Assembly (NCBI GenBank): GCA_964590105.1
Contig: CAZPYM010000001.1
Span: forward strand, 236,746 to 300,745
Length of the DNA: 64,000 nt
From: an uncultured Gammaproteobacteria bacterium
Lineage (GTDB): Bacteria; Patescibacteriota; Patescibacteriia; UBA11705; JABHMO01
Direction of reading: 5' to 3'
A program made the translations under genes and the position numbers. Shown piece after piece: positions 8,907 to 17,013 of the stretch. Every line of letters starts with the position of its first letter. The stretch's first letter is position 1. The notes under the pieces are model-generated. The model worked only from the letters and a program-made list of their open reading frames with translations. It searched no databases and was not told where the DNA came from.

Positions 8907-9032
8907 TTGCAAAAACATGGCAATATGTGTTAATTATTATTTTTGAAATTCGACTTGACTTTCAAATTGTTTATTGTAAGATAAAGTCGAAAGATAAGTT
9001 ACTATTGTTGTTTACAACCAAAGGGGGACGCC

Positions 9033-10433
9033 ATGGACCAAGAAAAACTTTTACCGCGCGTTTTAAGCGGATTTCGAGATTATCCGCCGGAACAGGTACG
9101 GGCAAGGGATTTGATGATGGACAAGATCAGGCGGACATTCGAGCTGTTTGGTTTTGATCCGCTCGATACCACGACTGTGGAATTCTTGGAAATTCTTACT
9201 GGCAAAATGCCGGGCTGGGATCAGATGGGCTTGTACACTCTTGACAGTTCGATTGAAAGACGGATTGATCGGGGAGATGAAGAAACATTTTGGCTCAAGA
9301 AAACCGGCTTGCGATTTGATCTGACTGTTTCGCTTGCTCGGTATGTTGCGGCCAATCTGGATACTCTACCGCGCCCGTTCAAGCGCTATCAGCTTGGCAA
9401 GGTTTACAGGGCAGAAAGCCCTCAGGAAGGCCGCTATCGCGAGTTTTTCCAGTTTGACGCGGACACCATGTTTGCGCCGAATGTTGTAGCTGACGCAGAA
9501 ATCATCGCGCTCATGGTTGAAACCATGCTGGCGCTGGATCTGCCGCGCTCCATTGTAAAAGTAAATAATCGCAAAATCGCCGAAGGTCTTTCTTCATTGA
9601 TCGGCTTTGAGCCAAGACTTTTGAACGACGTTCTGCGCGTTCTTGACAAGCGCGACAAAGTTGGCCGCGAGGAAATGATCAGTGAGCTACGGCTTGAGCT
9701 TGGCGAAGAAGAAGATGGCAAAAGGGGCCTTGGGCTCGATGAAAAACAAGTGGAAACCCTGATGAACTTTGTCGAATTGCAAGGCGAATTGTCCGACAAA
9801 CTGGCATTTTGCCGAAATTTGTTCAAGGGCATTGAAATCGCCGAGAACGGATTTGATGAACTGGAAAGAATCGCTGAATACCTGAGAGCCATGGGTGTTG
9901 AGCCGGCAATGTGGGAAGTGGACTTTTCCATTGTCCGCGGGCTGGCGTACTACACCGGCCCGGTATTTGAAACGCAATTGCTCGACTTGCCTGAAATCGG
10001 CAGCGTATTTTCCGGTGGGCGGTTTGACAATCTGGTATCACGTTTTTCCAGTGCCAAAGTGCCTGGCACCGGCGCATCAGTGGGCGTTGACCGATTGCTT
10101 GCGGCCTTGCTGAAGCTTGAGAAAATCAAACTGACGCCGACTTGTGTGCAATGCCTGGTCATGGCGCTAACCAGTGATTTGACTGCTGAAATGGCAGTTT
10201 TGGGGCAACTGCGGCGAGCTGGCATCAATGCCATGATCTACACTGGCTCAGATATGTCTTTCAAGGCCCAGTTTGTCAGGGCAGTGAAGTTCAATGTGCC
10301 CTATATAATGATCCTTGGTGACAAGGAATTGGCTGACGGCACTGTAACGGTGCGCGATCTCGCTACTCGCGCCCAGGTAACCATTGCCCGAGATCTTCTC
10401 GTGGAATATTTCAGAGACAAAGGTATGGCTTGA
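9033..10433 (+). CDS. hisS: Second, divergent histidyl-tRNA synthetase paralogue (full length, with anticodon-binding domain), GC-rich
   Basis: 'FRDYPPEQ'; 'LRFDLTVSLARYVAAN'; motif 2 'RYQLGKVYRAESPQEGRYREFFQFDAD'; motif 3 region 'GGRFD'; C-terminal anticodon-binding domain. 466 aa. SD AAGGGGG. About 50-57% GC by inspection against ~33% locally. Confidence 0.8.
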   Translation: MDQEKLLPRVLSGFRDYPPEQVRARDLMMDKIRRTFELFGFDPLDTTTVEFLEILTGKMPGWDQMGLYTLDSSIERRIDRGDEETFWLKKTGLRFDLTVSLARYVAANLDTLPRPFKRYQLGKVYRAESPQEGRYREFFQFDADTMFAPNVVADAEIIALMVETMLALDLPRSIVKVNNRKIAEGLSSLIGFEPRLLNDVLRVLDKRDKVGREEMISELRLELGEEEDGKRGLGLDEKQVETLMNFVELQGELSDKLAFCRNLFKGIEIAENGFDELERIAEYLRAMGVEPAMWEVDFSIVRGLAYYTGPVFETQLLDLPEIGSVFSGGRFDNLVSRFSSAKVPGTGASVGVDRLLAALLKLEKIKLTPTCVQCLVMALTSDLTAEMAVLGQLRRAGINAMIYTGSDMSFKAQFVRAVKFNVPYIMILGDKELADGTVTVRDLATRAQVTIARDLLVEYFRDKGMA

Positions 10434-10480
10434 CAAGATTTTATAAATAAGGTAACGTGAAGTCGCCGATAGTGGCGCAC

Positions 10481-10554
10481 GGGTACGTAGCTCAGTTGGT
10501 TAGAGCAACGGATTGTGGCTCCGTAAGTCGCGGGTTCGATTCCCGTCGTACCCC
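10481..10554 (+). tRNA. tRNA-His (anticodon GTG), second copy; C at -1 (no encoded G-1), C73, no encoded CCA
   Basis: Acceptor GGGTACG/CGTACCC; D-arm TAGCTCAGTTGGTTAGAGC; anticodon stem ACGGA/TCCGT with loop TTGTGGC; T-arm GCGGG TTCGATT CCCGT. Base -1 is C, and CTT follows C73. Confidence 0.85.
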
Positions 10555-10561
10555 CTTCAAT

Positions 10562-10594
10562 CGAGCGGAAGAACATCTTCCGCTCGTTTTCTTT
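10562..10594 (+). terminator. Intrinsic terminator CGAGCGGAAG-loop-CTTCCGCTCG + TTTTCTTTT
   Basis: 10-bp perfect stem and T-tract immediately after tRNA-His-2. It closes the hisS2-tRNA-His2 unit. Confidence 0.75.
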
Positions 10595-10668
10595 TAAATA
10601 ATAACAGCTTGACTTTTTTTTCAAAGGTGATTAAATATAAATATAATGACAAATAAGATTTTCAGCAT

Positions 10669-11499
10669 ATGAAAGGCGAATATTTAATCTGTTTGGAGGT
10701 TGACAATACACTGCTCGATAGAAATTATCGCGCCACTTCGCCGACCATAAATTCGGTTATCAATCAGCTGTCGGCAGAAGGACATATTTTTATTTTGAAC
10801 TCAAACAGAGCGCTGGAAGACTTGTTGTCAATAGCGAAAATTTTTGAAATTGCCGGTCCGGTTATCGGCGAAAATGGCACCTTTATTTATTATCAGGATT
10901 TGGGAAAAACCGAAACTTTAATTGATGATGCTGTCTTGGGTCAGATTGAGCAAATTAAAAATGCAATTCCAGGTCTGATAAACAGTTATTTTCCGGAAGC
11001 AATGTTTCAAATCGGCGATACGACTGATATCAATAAGCACCTGGATATTCAAGAAATTCCGCGCGACAAAAAACTTTTGTTTTTCATGAATGAATTCCGT
11101 AGATACACTATTAGTATACACGTAAAGAAAATTGAAAACGGAGTGTTGAGCAAAGACATTACAACTGCAGGCAAACTGTGCGGTTTAATTGCTGAATACA
11201 TTGAAAAAAATAAAATGTCTTTGCGCGCAAGTTATACAGAATCATATGCCAATGTTCTGGTTTGCCCGACAACTACTGACAAGACCAGGGCGTATAATTA
11301 TTTGGTCCAAAAATTCCCGAAACATTTGCGGATATTTATTGCGGATGACGCCGATGACAAACCTGTGACTGGAGGCGATTACTTATTCGTCGTGAATAAC
11401 GCCACTCAGGAAGCAAAAAACATGGCAAATTATGTTTCACTTGAAAATATAACCAAGGGAGTGGAAGATATTTTATTAAAAATGGATAGATTAATATGA
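10669..11499 (+). CDS. HAD-superfamily (Cof-like) hydrolase, variant motif I (EVDNT)
   Basis: N-terminal 'LICLEVDNTLLD' aligns to the HAD DxDxT motif with Glu at the nucleophile position. The C-terminus has a 'DDADD'-like acidic motif. 276 aa. Confidence 0.45.
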   Translation: MKGEYLICLEVDNTLLDRNYRATSPTINSVINQLSAEGHIFILNSNRALEDLLSIAKIFEIAGPVIGENGTFIYYQDLGKTETLIDDAVLGQIEQIKNAIPGLINSYFPEAMFQIGDTTDINKHLDIQEIPRDKKLLFFMNEFRRYTISIHVKKIENGVLSKDITTAGKLCGLIAEYIEKNKMSLRASYTESYANVLVCPTTTDKTRAYNYLVQKFPKHLRIFIADDADDKPVTGGDYLFVVNNATQEAKNMANYVSLENITKGVEDILLKMDRLI

Positions 11500-12056
11500 G
11501 AAAATATCAAATCGGAGTCATGGGTTCGGCCGCTGATTTAAAATATGAAAAAGAATTGGAAAAAATCGCCGAAACAATTGGCCGGCTTATTGCCGAAAAC
11601 GGGCATACAACAGTTTACGGCGCTGAAAAAGACTATGATTCTCTGTCAACAGCGGCGGCCCGGGGCGCAAAAGCTGCCAATGGATTGACTGTTGGTGTTA
11701 CTTATGGCCGAGGAAAAGATATTTGGGACAAAAATGATAATACGGATGTGATCATTTGCAGCGGACTAGAAAGAGGCGGCGGCAGAGAATTTGTTTTAGT
11801 TAATAGTTGCGACGCGTTAATTGCGGTAAGCGGCGGATCCGGTACGTTGAGCGAGCTTGCAATTGCTTATCAGTTGGATATTCCCTGCATAGTGATTGAA
11901 AATACTGGCGGTTGGTCTGATAAATTAGCCGGACAATTTCTTGATCAGCGAAGCAGACGAAAAATAATTGGAGCAAAAAGCGCAGAAGAAGCAGTGGCAA
12001 AAATATTGGAAATTCTTCAAAACGAAATAAATAGTCCTTCGAAGTCTGCTAAGTAG
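11496..12056 (+). CDS. LOG/TIGR00725-family Rossmann-fold protein
   Basis: 'GVMGSA...' N-terminus and 'SGGSGTLSELAIAY' (PGGxGTxxE-like) motif. 186 aa. Confidence 0.5.
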   Translation: MRKYQIGVMGSAADLKYEKELEKIAETIGRLIAENGHTTVYGAEKDYDSLSTAAARGAKAANGLTVGVTYGRGKDIWDKNDNTDVIICSGLERGGGREFVLVNSCDALIAVSGGSGTLSELAIAYQLDIPCIVIENTGGWSDKLAGQFLDQRSRRKIIGAKSAEEAVAKILEILQNEINSPSKSAK

Positions 12057-12062
12057 TAAGTC

Positions 12063-12098
12063 GCGAGTGGTGAGTTAAACTAATTACTCACCACTCGC
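12063..12098 (+). terminator. 13-bp perfect hairpin GCGAGTGGTGAGT-N10-ACTCACCACTCGC (terminator-like, weak T-tract)
   Basis: Perfect inverted repeat directly after the LOG gene stop. Confidence 0.45.
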
Positions 12099-12158
12099 CA
12101 CTTATTAATTTATTGAGTTTATATATCATAGTTCATTGAAAGTAATAATGGAGGGAGC

Positions 12159-13238
12159 ATGACTGAAATAGCAGGGAAGCTCGAGGGAACTGGCAGAAAC
12201 AAGTACCTGGTTTCCGGTGATTTGCGAGTCATAGTCGGAAGATGGCTTGGGTCAAAGGGACCATTTTTTCTGCCCGACAAAAAATTGTTTGAATCTTTGC
12301 AATCAGCAGTAGTCGAAAAGTTGGAGGAAATATTCCAGCCTCGCGGGGTGGATGTGGTTTATTTGCCGTGGGATCACCTTAAAACCGGAATCCTACTGCA
12401 TATTGCCAATCACGCGGGCGATGTACCGGTTGTATCGCTGGATCAGGTCTATGTTGAAGAGGGCACCGCTGATATATATCTTGATGCAAATCGCATAGTC
12501 AAATGGTCAAAGCACACTGAAGGTGTTGATTGGCGGCAGGGATGGAGTGAAATTGGCCACGGACCTCGGCGTTCTGACTATGGAATCGCTTCGCAGCTTG
12601 AGCGTATTGTCAATCAGGGACGTATAAAGCGCATGCAGGACAAAAGAGTCGTGGTGGTGGATGACGGCACCTGGACAAGAGGGTCTCTTATTGCAGCGAA
12701 AAACCTTTTGGCAAGCGTCGGGATACGAGTTGATAAGTTTATAGTTGGAATTGAAATCAGATCAGGAACTGAAAAAGATGAAACCTTTGAAATCCCGTTT
12801 TTGTGGGTTGAAAAGTTTTGCAAGGAAGCTGTGGTTGACTGGGTTGGCGAAAGGGATTTTTTCCCAGGAGTCGGGTTTTCCGGCAGAACAGTAGGAGAAT
12901 TGATTGAAAATAACACTGAACCGGCGACGTTTCGACAGTTTTATATTTCCATGCCGATGGAAGGTAATTATGGCGCGCCGTATGTCATGCCGCTTGGTGA
13001 TCCAGTGACCTGGGCTAATGTCCCAGAAAAAAAGGCAATTGAATTTTCAATGTTCTGTCTTGACTGCGCAATTCAGCTTTATACCGCAATTGAAGCGGAA
13101 ACTCGCAGGATTACCGGACAATCCATCAAAATAAAAGTCAGTCATCTCGAACGACCGCCGTATTTTTACAGAAAGATCAAAGACATGCCGGTGACAGAAG
13201 CTCTGGCCAGCTCAAGAAAAATCTTGGAAAACATTTAA
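12159..13238 (+). CDS. Hypothetical protein with phosphoribosyltransferase-like motif, GC-rich
   Basis: 'RVVVVDDGTWTRGSL' resembles the type I PRTase PRPP-binding loop. No other recognisable family. 359 aa. Confidence 0.35.
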   Translation: MTEIAGKLEGTGRNKYLVSGDLRVIVGRWLGSKGPFFLPDKKLFESLQSAVVEKLEEIFQPRGVDVVYLPWDHLKTGILLHIANHAGDVPVVSLDQVYVEEGTADIYLDANRIVKWSKHTEGVDWRQGWSEIGHGPRRSDYGIASQLERIVNQGRIKRMQDKRVVVVDDGTWTRGSLIAAKNLLASVGIRVDKFIVGIEIRSGTEKDETFEIPFLWVEKFCKEAVVDWVGERDFFPGVGFSGRTVGELIENNTEPATFRQFYISMPMEGNYGAPYVMPLGDPVTWANVPEKKAIEFSMFCLDCAIQLYTAIEAETRRITGQSIKIKVSHLERPPYFYRKIKDMPVTEALASSRKILENI

Positions 13239-13250
13239 TTAATTGCAAAT

Positions 13251-13276
13251 GAAGCGTGCTACACGCTTCTTTTTTG
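13251..13276 (+). terminator. Intrinsic terminator GAAGCGTG-loop-CACGCTTC + T6
   Basis: 8-bp stem plus TTTTTT directly after the stop at 13238. Confidence 0.7.
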
Positions 13277-13307
13277 TAACATTTTAGTTTTTTGCTCGTC
13301 ATAATAT

Positions 13308-13335
13308 TTGACAGACAAATATATTTGCTTATAAT
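13308..13335 (+). promoter_or_regulatory. Consensus promoter TTGACA-N16-TATAAT
   Basis: Exact -35 and -10 hexamers. It lies upstream of a structured ~150-nt leader that ends in a terminator. Confidence 0.55.
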
Positions 13336-13342
13336 GAATACA

Positions 13343-13489
13343 TATGGCCTTGCAAAACAGTAATAATTCATGGGAAAAGAAATACCGCAAACACGCAGAC
13401 TGCAGACTGTTTTGTATGGAAAAATTCTGATCGACGTCTAAAATAAGTTTACATACAAAACAGCTCGACATGGCTGTTTTCTTTATTTT
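13343..13489 (+). ncRNA. Candidate cis-regulatory leader / small RNA with mutually exclusive 12-bp stem and terminator
   Basis: CTGTTTTGTATG (13406-13417) is a perfect inverted repeat with CATACAAAACAG (13451-13462). The second arm overlaps the terminator stem ACAGC-N8-GCTGT + TTTTCTTTATTTT (13459-13489). A tandem GCAGACTGCAGACTG lies upstream of the first arm. Confidence 0.35.
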
Positions 13490-13658
13490 ACGAGATAGCT
13501 TTAATACATAGGACAAATATGCAAAGCAAAATTCCCAACAATCAATTATTGCGTCCGGCCGGAACCAACATGACGGATTGCTTTGTGTTTTTAACTCATA
13601 TTATAAACAGAAATCAGTCCATCATGGGCTGATTTCATTGTTTCAAAAGGAGGAAGTC

Positions 13659-14168
13659 ATGGAAAAATCACAGCTTCGCCAGGCAAATGGTCAGGATCTG
13701 ATACACATGGAAGAAATTTTTCAGCTGATTTTTGAAGAAAATCGGAAAAGTTTGATGGCTTACAAAGAGCGGGAAGAATTAAAAGCGGAGATAGTAAACG
13801 GCCAAGCGTTCCTGCTTTTTTTGGACGAAATCCTGGTAGGCTATTGCTCATACAAAATTTGGCAGTCGTGCATCGAAATCATGAGTCTGGTTTTGCGGGC
13901 AAAATATCGACAGCGCGGATATGGATTTACGCTTTGCTATTACGTGGTAAATCTGGCAAAAGAACTTTGGCCCGACAAACTGATTTTGGCCTTGCCAAAT
14001 GACAATTCAGTTGGAATTCTACAGAAGTGTGGTTTTGTAGAGTTTCCAAAAGTGGAATTACCCGATGAGTTGCGGCAGTCATGTGCAGGTTGTCTTGAGT
14101 ATAATGATTTTCCTGACTGCCATTGTCAAACCTTGCGTTTGCCTGGAAAAATTAAAACAATGAAATAA
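13659..14168 (+). CDS. GNAT family N-acetyltransferase with Cys-rich C-terminal tail
   Basis: SD AAAGGAGGA then ATG at 13659. 'QRGYGFTL' acetyl-CoA binding motif. C-terminal 'CAGCLEYNDFPDCHC'. Confidence 0.6.
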   Translation: MEKSQLRQANGQDLIHMEEIFQLIFEENRKSLMAYKEREELKAEIVNGQAFLLFLDEILVGYCSYKIWQSCIEIMSLVLRAKYRQRGYGFTLCYYVVNLAKELWPDKLILALPNDNSVGILQKCGFVEFPKVELPDELRQSCAGCLEYNDFPDCHCQTLRLPGKIKTMK

Positions 14169-14174
14169 TAATCG

Positions 14175-14198
14175 CGGGAGAGCGCGAGCGCTCTCCCG
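14175..14198 (+). terminator. 10-bp GC-rich palindrome CGGGAGAGCG-CGAG-CGCTCTCCCG (terminator-like, no T-tract)
   Basis: Perfect hairpin a few nt after the GNAT stop. Confidence 0.4.
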
Positions 14199-14220
14199 TA
14201 TATATCCTAATTAAAAATTT

Positions 14221-15342
14221 ATGAATGAAGTTCAATTATTGAAAAATTTAATTTCCATTGATTCACAGTGCTCAAAGTCGAATAAAAAAATTGTTGATTT
14301 TATTGTCTCCCTTTTTCCCGCGAAAAATTGTTTTATTACGCCACTCAAAAAAGCTGATTTAAATTTGTATAATTTGGAAATCAGATTCAAGGGAAAAAAA
14401 AGTGGCCGGCCGCTCATTTTTAGCGGGCATACTGATACTGTCCCAACTTCAAATAGATGGAAAAAGGATCCGTTTCATCCAGTTGTTTCCGACAATAAAA
14501 TTTACGGCCTAGGTTCGAGCGATATGAAGGCCGGCGTTGCCTGCATGATAAAAACCGCGCAATCTTTAATCGGCATAATTCCGGCTTGCGACGTGATCTT
14601 CCTATTTGACGCTGATGAAGAGGGCGGCTGTACCGGCGGAAAAAGTTTTATTAAAAATAAAAAGATCAAAGCGGGTTCGGCCAAAGTGGTTGTTTGCGAA
14701 CCAACGGGCGGGCGTTTGCGAGTCGGACAAAAAGGCGCAATTGAGATTTACGCGACTTTTCGCGGCAAAGCATTTCATGCCAGTCGTACCAGTTTTGCAA
14801 AAAATTTAAAACTAAATGCCATTCATAAAGCGCTTCAGGGAATGAAAGAACTTGAAAAATTGGAAAAAGAGCTTGAGAAAAAGAAAGACAAGCAGTTCAA
14901 TTTTCCAACGCAGGCGATTTGCCGCATATCCGGCGGTACCGCGGTAAATGTTATTCCGGATGAATGCAGTTTTGTAATCAACCGCCGTGTTTTACCGAGT
15001 GAAAACATGGATCAGATTGTCAAACAAATTTCTGGCTGTTTAAAAAAGATTGACCCACGGGTTGAAATAAAGATTGGTTTTTTGGGAGCGCCTAATTTGC
15101 TTCCCCTAACCAGTGAGTTATTGAAAATAACAAAAAAAATTACTGAAAAAGTTTGGAAGCGGGCTGTAGTCGCGGTTGAACCGGGCTGGACACAGGCAGG
15201 ATTATTTAAAAAATGGGGCGACTGTTTGATCTGGGGGCCAGGCGAAATAACTATGGCGCATCAGGCAGACGAATATTGCCCGATCGGCGATCTCGAAAAA
15301 ATGACTACATGCTACAAAAAACTAATTGAATTGCAGAATTAA
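14221..15342 (+). CDS. M20 family metallopeptidase (ArgE/DapE/aminoacylase type), second copy
   Basis: 'SGHTDTVP', 'GLGSSDMKAG' and 'DADEEGG' motifs. 373 aa. Confidence 0.8.
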   Translation: MNEVQLLKNLISIDSQCSKSNKKIVDFIVSLFPAKNCFITPLKKADLNLYNLEIRFKGKKSGRPLIFSGHTDTVPTSNRWKKDPFHPVVSDNKIYGLGSSDMKAGVACMIKTAQSLIGIIPACDVIFLFDADEEGGCTGGKSFIKNKKIKAGSAKVVVCEPTGGRLRVGQKGAIEIYATFRGKAFHASRTSFAKNLKLNAIHKALQGMKELEKLEKELEKKKDKQFNFPTQAICRISGGTAVNVIPDECSFVINRRVLPSENMDQIVKQISGCLKKIDPRVEIKIGFLGAPNLLPLTSELLKITKKITEKVWKRAVVAVEPGWTQAGLFKKWGDCLIWGPGEITMAHQADEYCPIGDLEKMTTCYKKLIELQN

Positions 15343-15432
15343 AAATTCTTTAAGTATGCGGTGCAATATTCAATGCATTATTAATAAGAAAAAGAGCTGT
15401 GATTAGGACAGTTCGGCTTTAAGTTTGAATAA

Positions 15433-15462
15433 AGAGCCGAGCTGTTCGCCCGGCTCTTTTTG
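15433..15462 (+). terminator. Intrinsic terminator AGAGCCG-loop-CGGCTCT + TTTTTG
   Basis: Hairpin plus T-tract between the M20 gene and the following GNAT gene. Confidence 0.5.
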
Positions 15463-15490
15463 TTTCCAAGCAAATCAACCGGAGGAAAAA

Positions 15491-16018
15491 ATGCAACAAC
15501 AAATCCAATTACTGCACAGTTCTGAAGAATTTCGGCTGGTGCATTTGGCCGACACGTTCATGGAGTTATCGGAACGCTTCAAGCAAGAGGAACATTTGCT
15601 TGGCAAAGAACCCGAAGAGCTGATGAGGCAGTTTTTAAACGGCCTGTCAGTGGTGGCTTTCAGCGGTTTTCAAATCGTCGGCCATTTAACGCTTTGGCAT
15701 TTAGAAGGCGACTGGTATGAATCCGGCTCCATCTGGGTGCATCCGCGGGCCAGACGCGAAGGTTTGGCCACAATGCTAAAGAAAGAGCTGGTCAGACGCA
15801 GTCCGCATTTCAATGTTCTTTCCACTACCACCAATAGCGTGGTCATGCGCATGAATGGCTCTCTGGGAATTCCGGAACTCGATTTTTGGGAATTGCCGCT
15901 GGAAATCCATAGCGCTACTTGTATTTGTTCCGCTGAAAAAATGCAGGCCGACTGCTTTCACGATTGCCGATTGAAAAATCAGCAATGCAGATTGTTCGTG
16001 CGACGGCGCCTGGAATAA
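15491..16018 (+). CDS. GNAT-like acetyltransferase, GC-rich
   Basis: SD GGAGG then ATG (MQQQIQLL...). 'VGHLTLWHLEGDWYESGSIWVHPRARREGLATML' resembles the GNAT core. Start trimmed from ORF 15425 because of the upstream terminator and SD. Confidence 0.5.
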   Translation: MQQQIQLLHSSEEFRLVHLADTFMELSERFKQEEHLLGKEPEELMRQFLNGLSVVAFSGFQIVGHLTLWHLEGDWYESGSIWVHPRARREGLATMLKKELVRRSPHFNVLSTTTNSVVMRMNGSLGIPELDFWELPLEIHSATCICSAEKMQADCFHDCRLKNQQCRLFVRRRLE

Positions 16019-16034
16019 ATTGCACAAACAAAAA

Positions 16035-16066
16035 ACCGTCCTTATCGTTGAGGACGGTTTATTTTT
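16035..16066. terminator. Bidirectional terminator ACCGTCC-N10-GGACGGT flanked by A6 / T-run
   Basis: Lies between the convergent genes 15491-16018 (+) and 16059-16862 (-). Confidence 0.7.
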
Positions 16067-16862
16067 GTTTCGAAATATCAGTGAATATCGTATTGTCAAA
16101 AGGATCATCCTGTTTACCGCGTTTCAAACGCTCCTCATACCAGGAGCAAAATCTATTTTCAAGCAGCGCTATCCAGGCTTCATAGGTCATTTGATACACG
16201 CCGGCATCGCTTGATTCTTCGGCGCTGATAATCTCAGGTAACAAATCTTTTTTGCGGAGCGCCAGCAGAAAGCGCACTTGAGCGGCGTAAGCCGGCGCTT
16301 CCAGCGAGCAACGAGCATTGCGTAGCTCTGGATTTGTCTGCAAATCTGCAAAATGCTGAAATTCGTGATACAAGGATATGGCCAGGAAAGCTTGGTTTGA
16401 TTGTATCTTGCCAAAAAAGAAAGTGTTGCTTTCCGGCGAATAGGCAATACGACAGTCAAGTGAATTTGGATCTTTTGTCAAGTGTATGGTTTTTTTAATA
16501 AGCTTAAATTCCAATTCATTGCTTTGGAATTTTTTGGCCACGACAAAAATACGTTTATCAAAAGGAGTTTGCAGTGCCGGCGAATTTTCCATGGTTAGCA
16601 ATAACTCAAGCGCTTGGCGCCAATCATTCTCAACTACCCAGGGAAAGCCTTCGACAAAGCGCAAAGTGAATTTGAATTCAACAAATCCAGGTACATAATA
16701 TTGGCTCATTTCCAAGCCCTGTTCGGTGGTTGTTTCCGTATATGGAGCTATGTTCAATTCAGGCAACTTTTGGTTTTGACGTGAAATTGGTGACTCGTCG
16801 GAAATAAAAAGAGCAATAACCGAAAGAAAAATTACAGTCATTTTTTTTTGGTTTTTTGTCAT
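16059..16862 (-). CDS. Secreted protein with HExxH motif (possible zinc metallopeptidase-like)
   Basis: N-terminal signal peptide 'MTKNQKKMTVIFLSVIALFISD'; 'YHEFQHF' HExxH motif. SD AAGGAGA upstream of the start. Confidence 0.4.
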   Translation of the reverse strand: MTKNQKKMTVIFLSVIALFISDESPISRQNQKLPELNIAPYTETTTEQGLEMSQYYVPGFVEFKFTLRFVEGFPWVVENDWRQALELLLTMENSPALQTPFDKRIFVVAKKFQSNELEFKLIKKTIHLTKDPNSLDCRIAYSPESNTFFFGKIQSNQAFLAISLYHEFQHFADLQTNPELRNARCSLEAPAYAAQVRFLLALRKKDLLPEIISAEESSDAGVYQMTYEAWIALLENRFCSWYEERLKRGKQDDPFDNTIFTDISKQK

Positions 16863-16968
16863 TTATTTCTCCTTTGTCAATGAACCAACTTAATTTTATC
16901 TTAGCTTACTTGCTTTGATTGTCAATGCAATTTGAAAAATCGTGATTTATGTTGTAGGTTGTAAACGC

Positions 16969-16997
16969 TTGACTTATGGCTTTTTGTGTAATATAAT
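16969..16997 (+). promoter_or_regulatory. Promoter TTGACT-N17-TATAAT upstream of tRNA-Thr-rpmG
   Basis: Near-consensus hexamers with a 17-nt spacer, about 17 nt upstream of the tRNA 5' end. Confidence 0.55.
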
Positions 16998-17013
16998 TTT
17001 TTCAGTTAATTTG

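Noticed and set aside
8927-9157. 76-aa + strand ORF overlapping the start of the second hisS
   Set aside because: It is out of frame with the strongly supported hisS2 ORF, whose SD AAGGGGG is correctly placed. It has no homology signal.
9033-10433. HisZ (ATP phosphoribosyltransferase regulatory subunit) rather than a true HisRS
   Set aside because: The protein retains a C-terminal anticodon-binding domain and HisRS motifs. It is followed by its own tRNA-His. No hisG is in the window.
10301-10624. 107-aa minus-strand ORF
   Set aside because: It is antisense to the 3' end of hisS2, tRNA-His-2 and the terminator. The translated sequence is low-complexity, so it is spurious.
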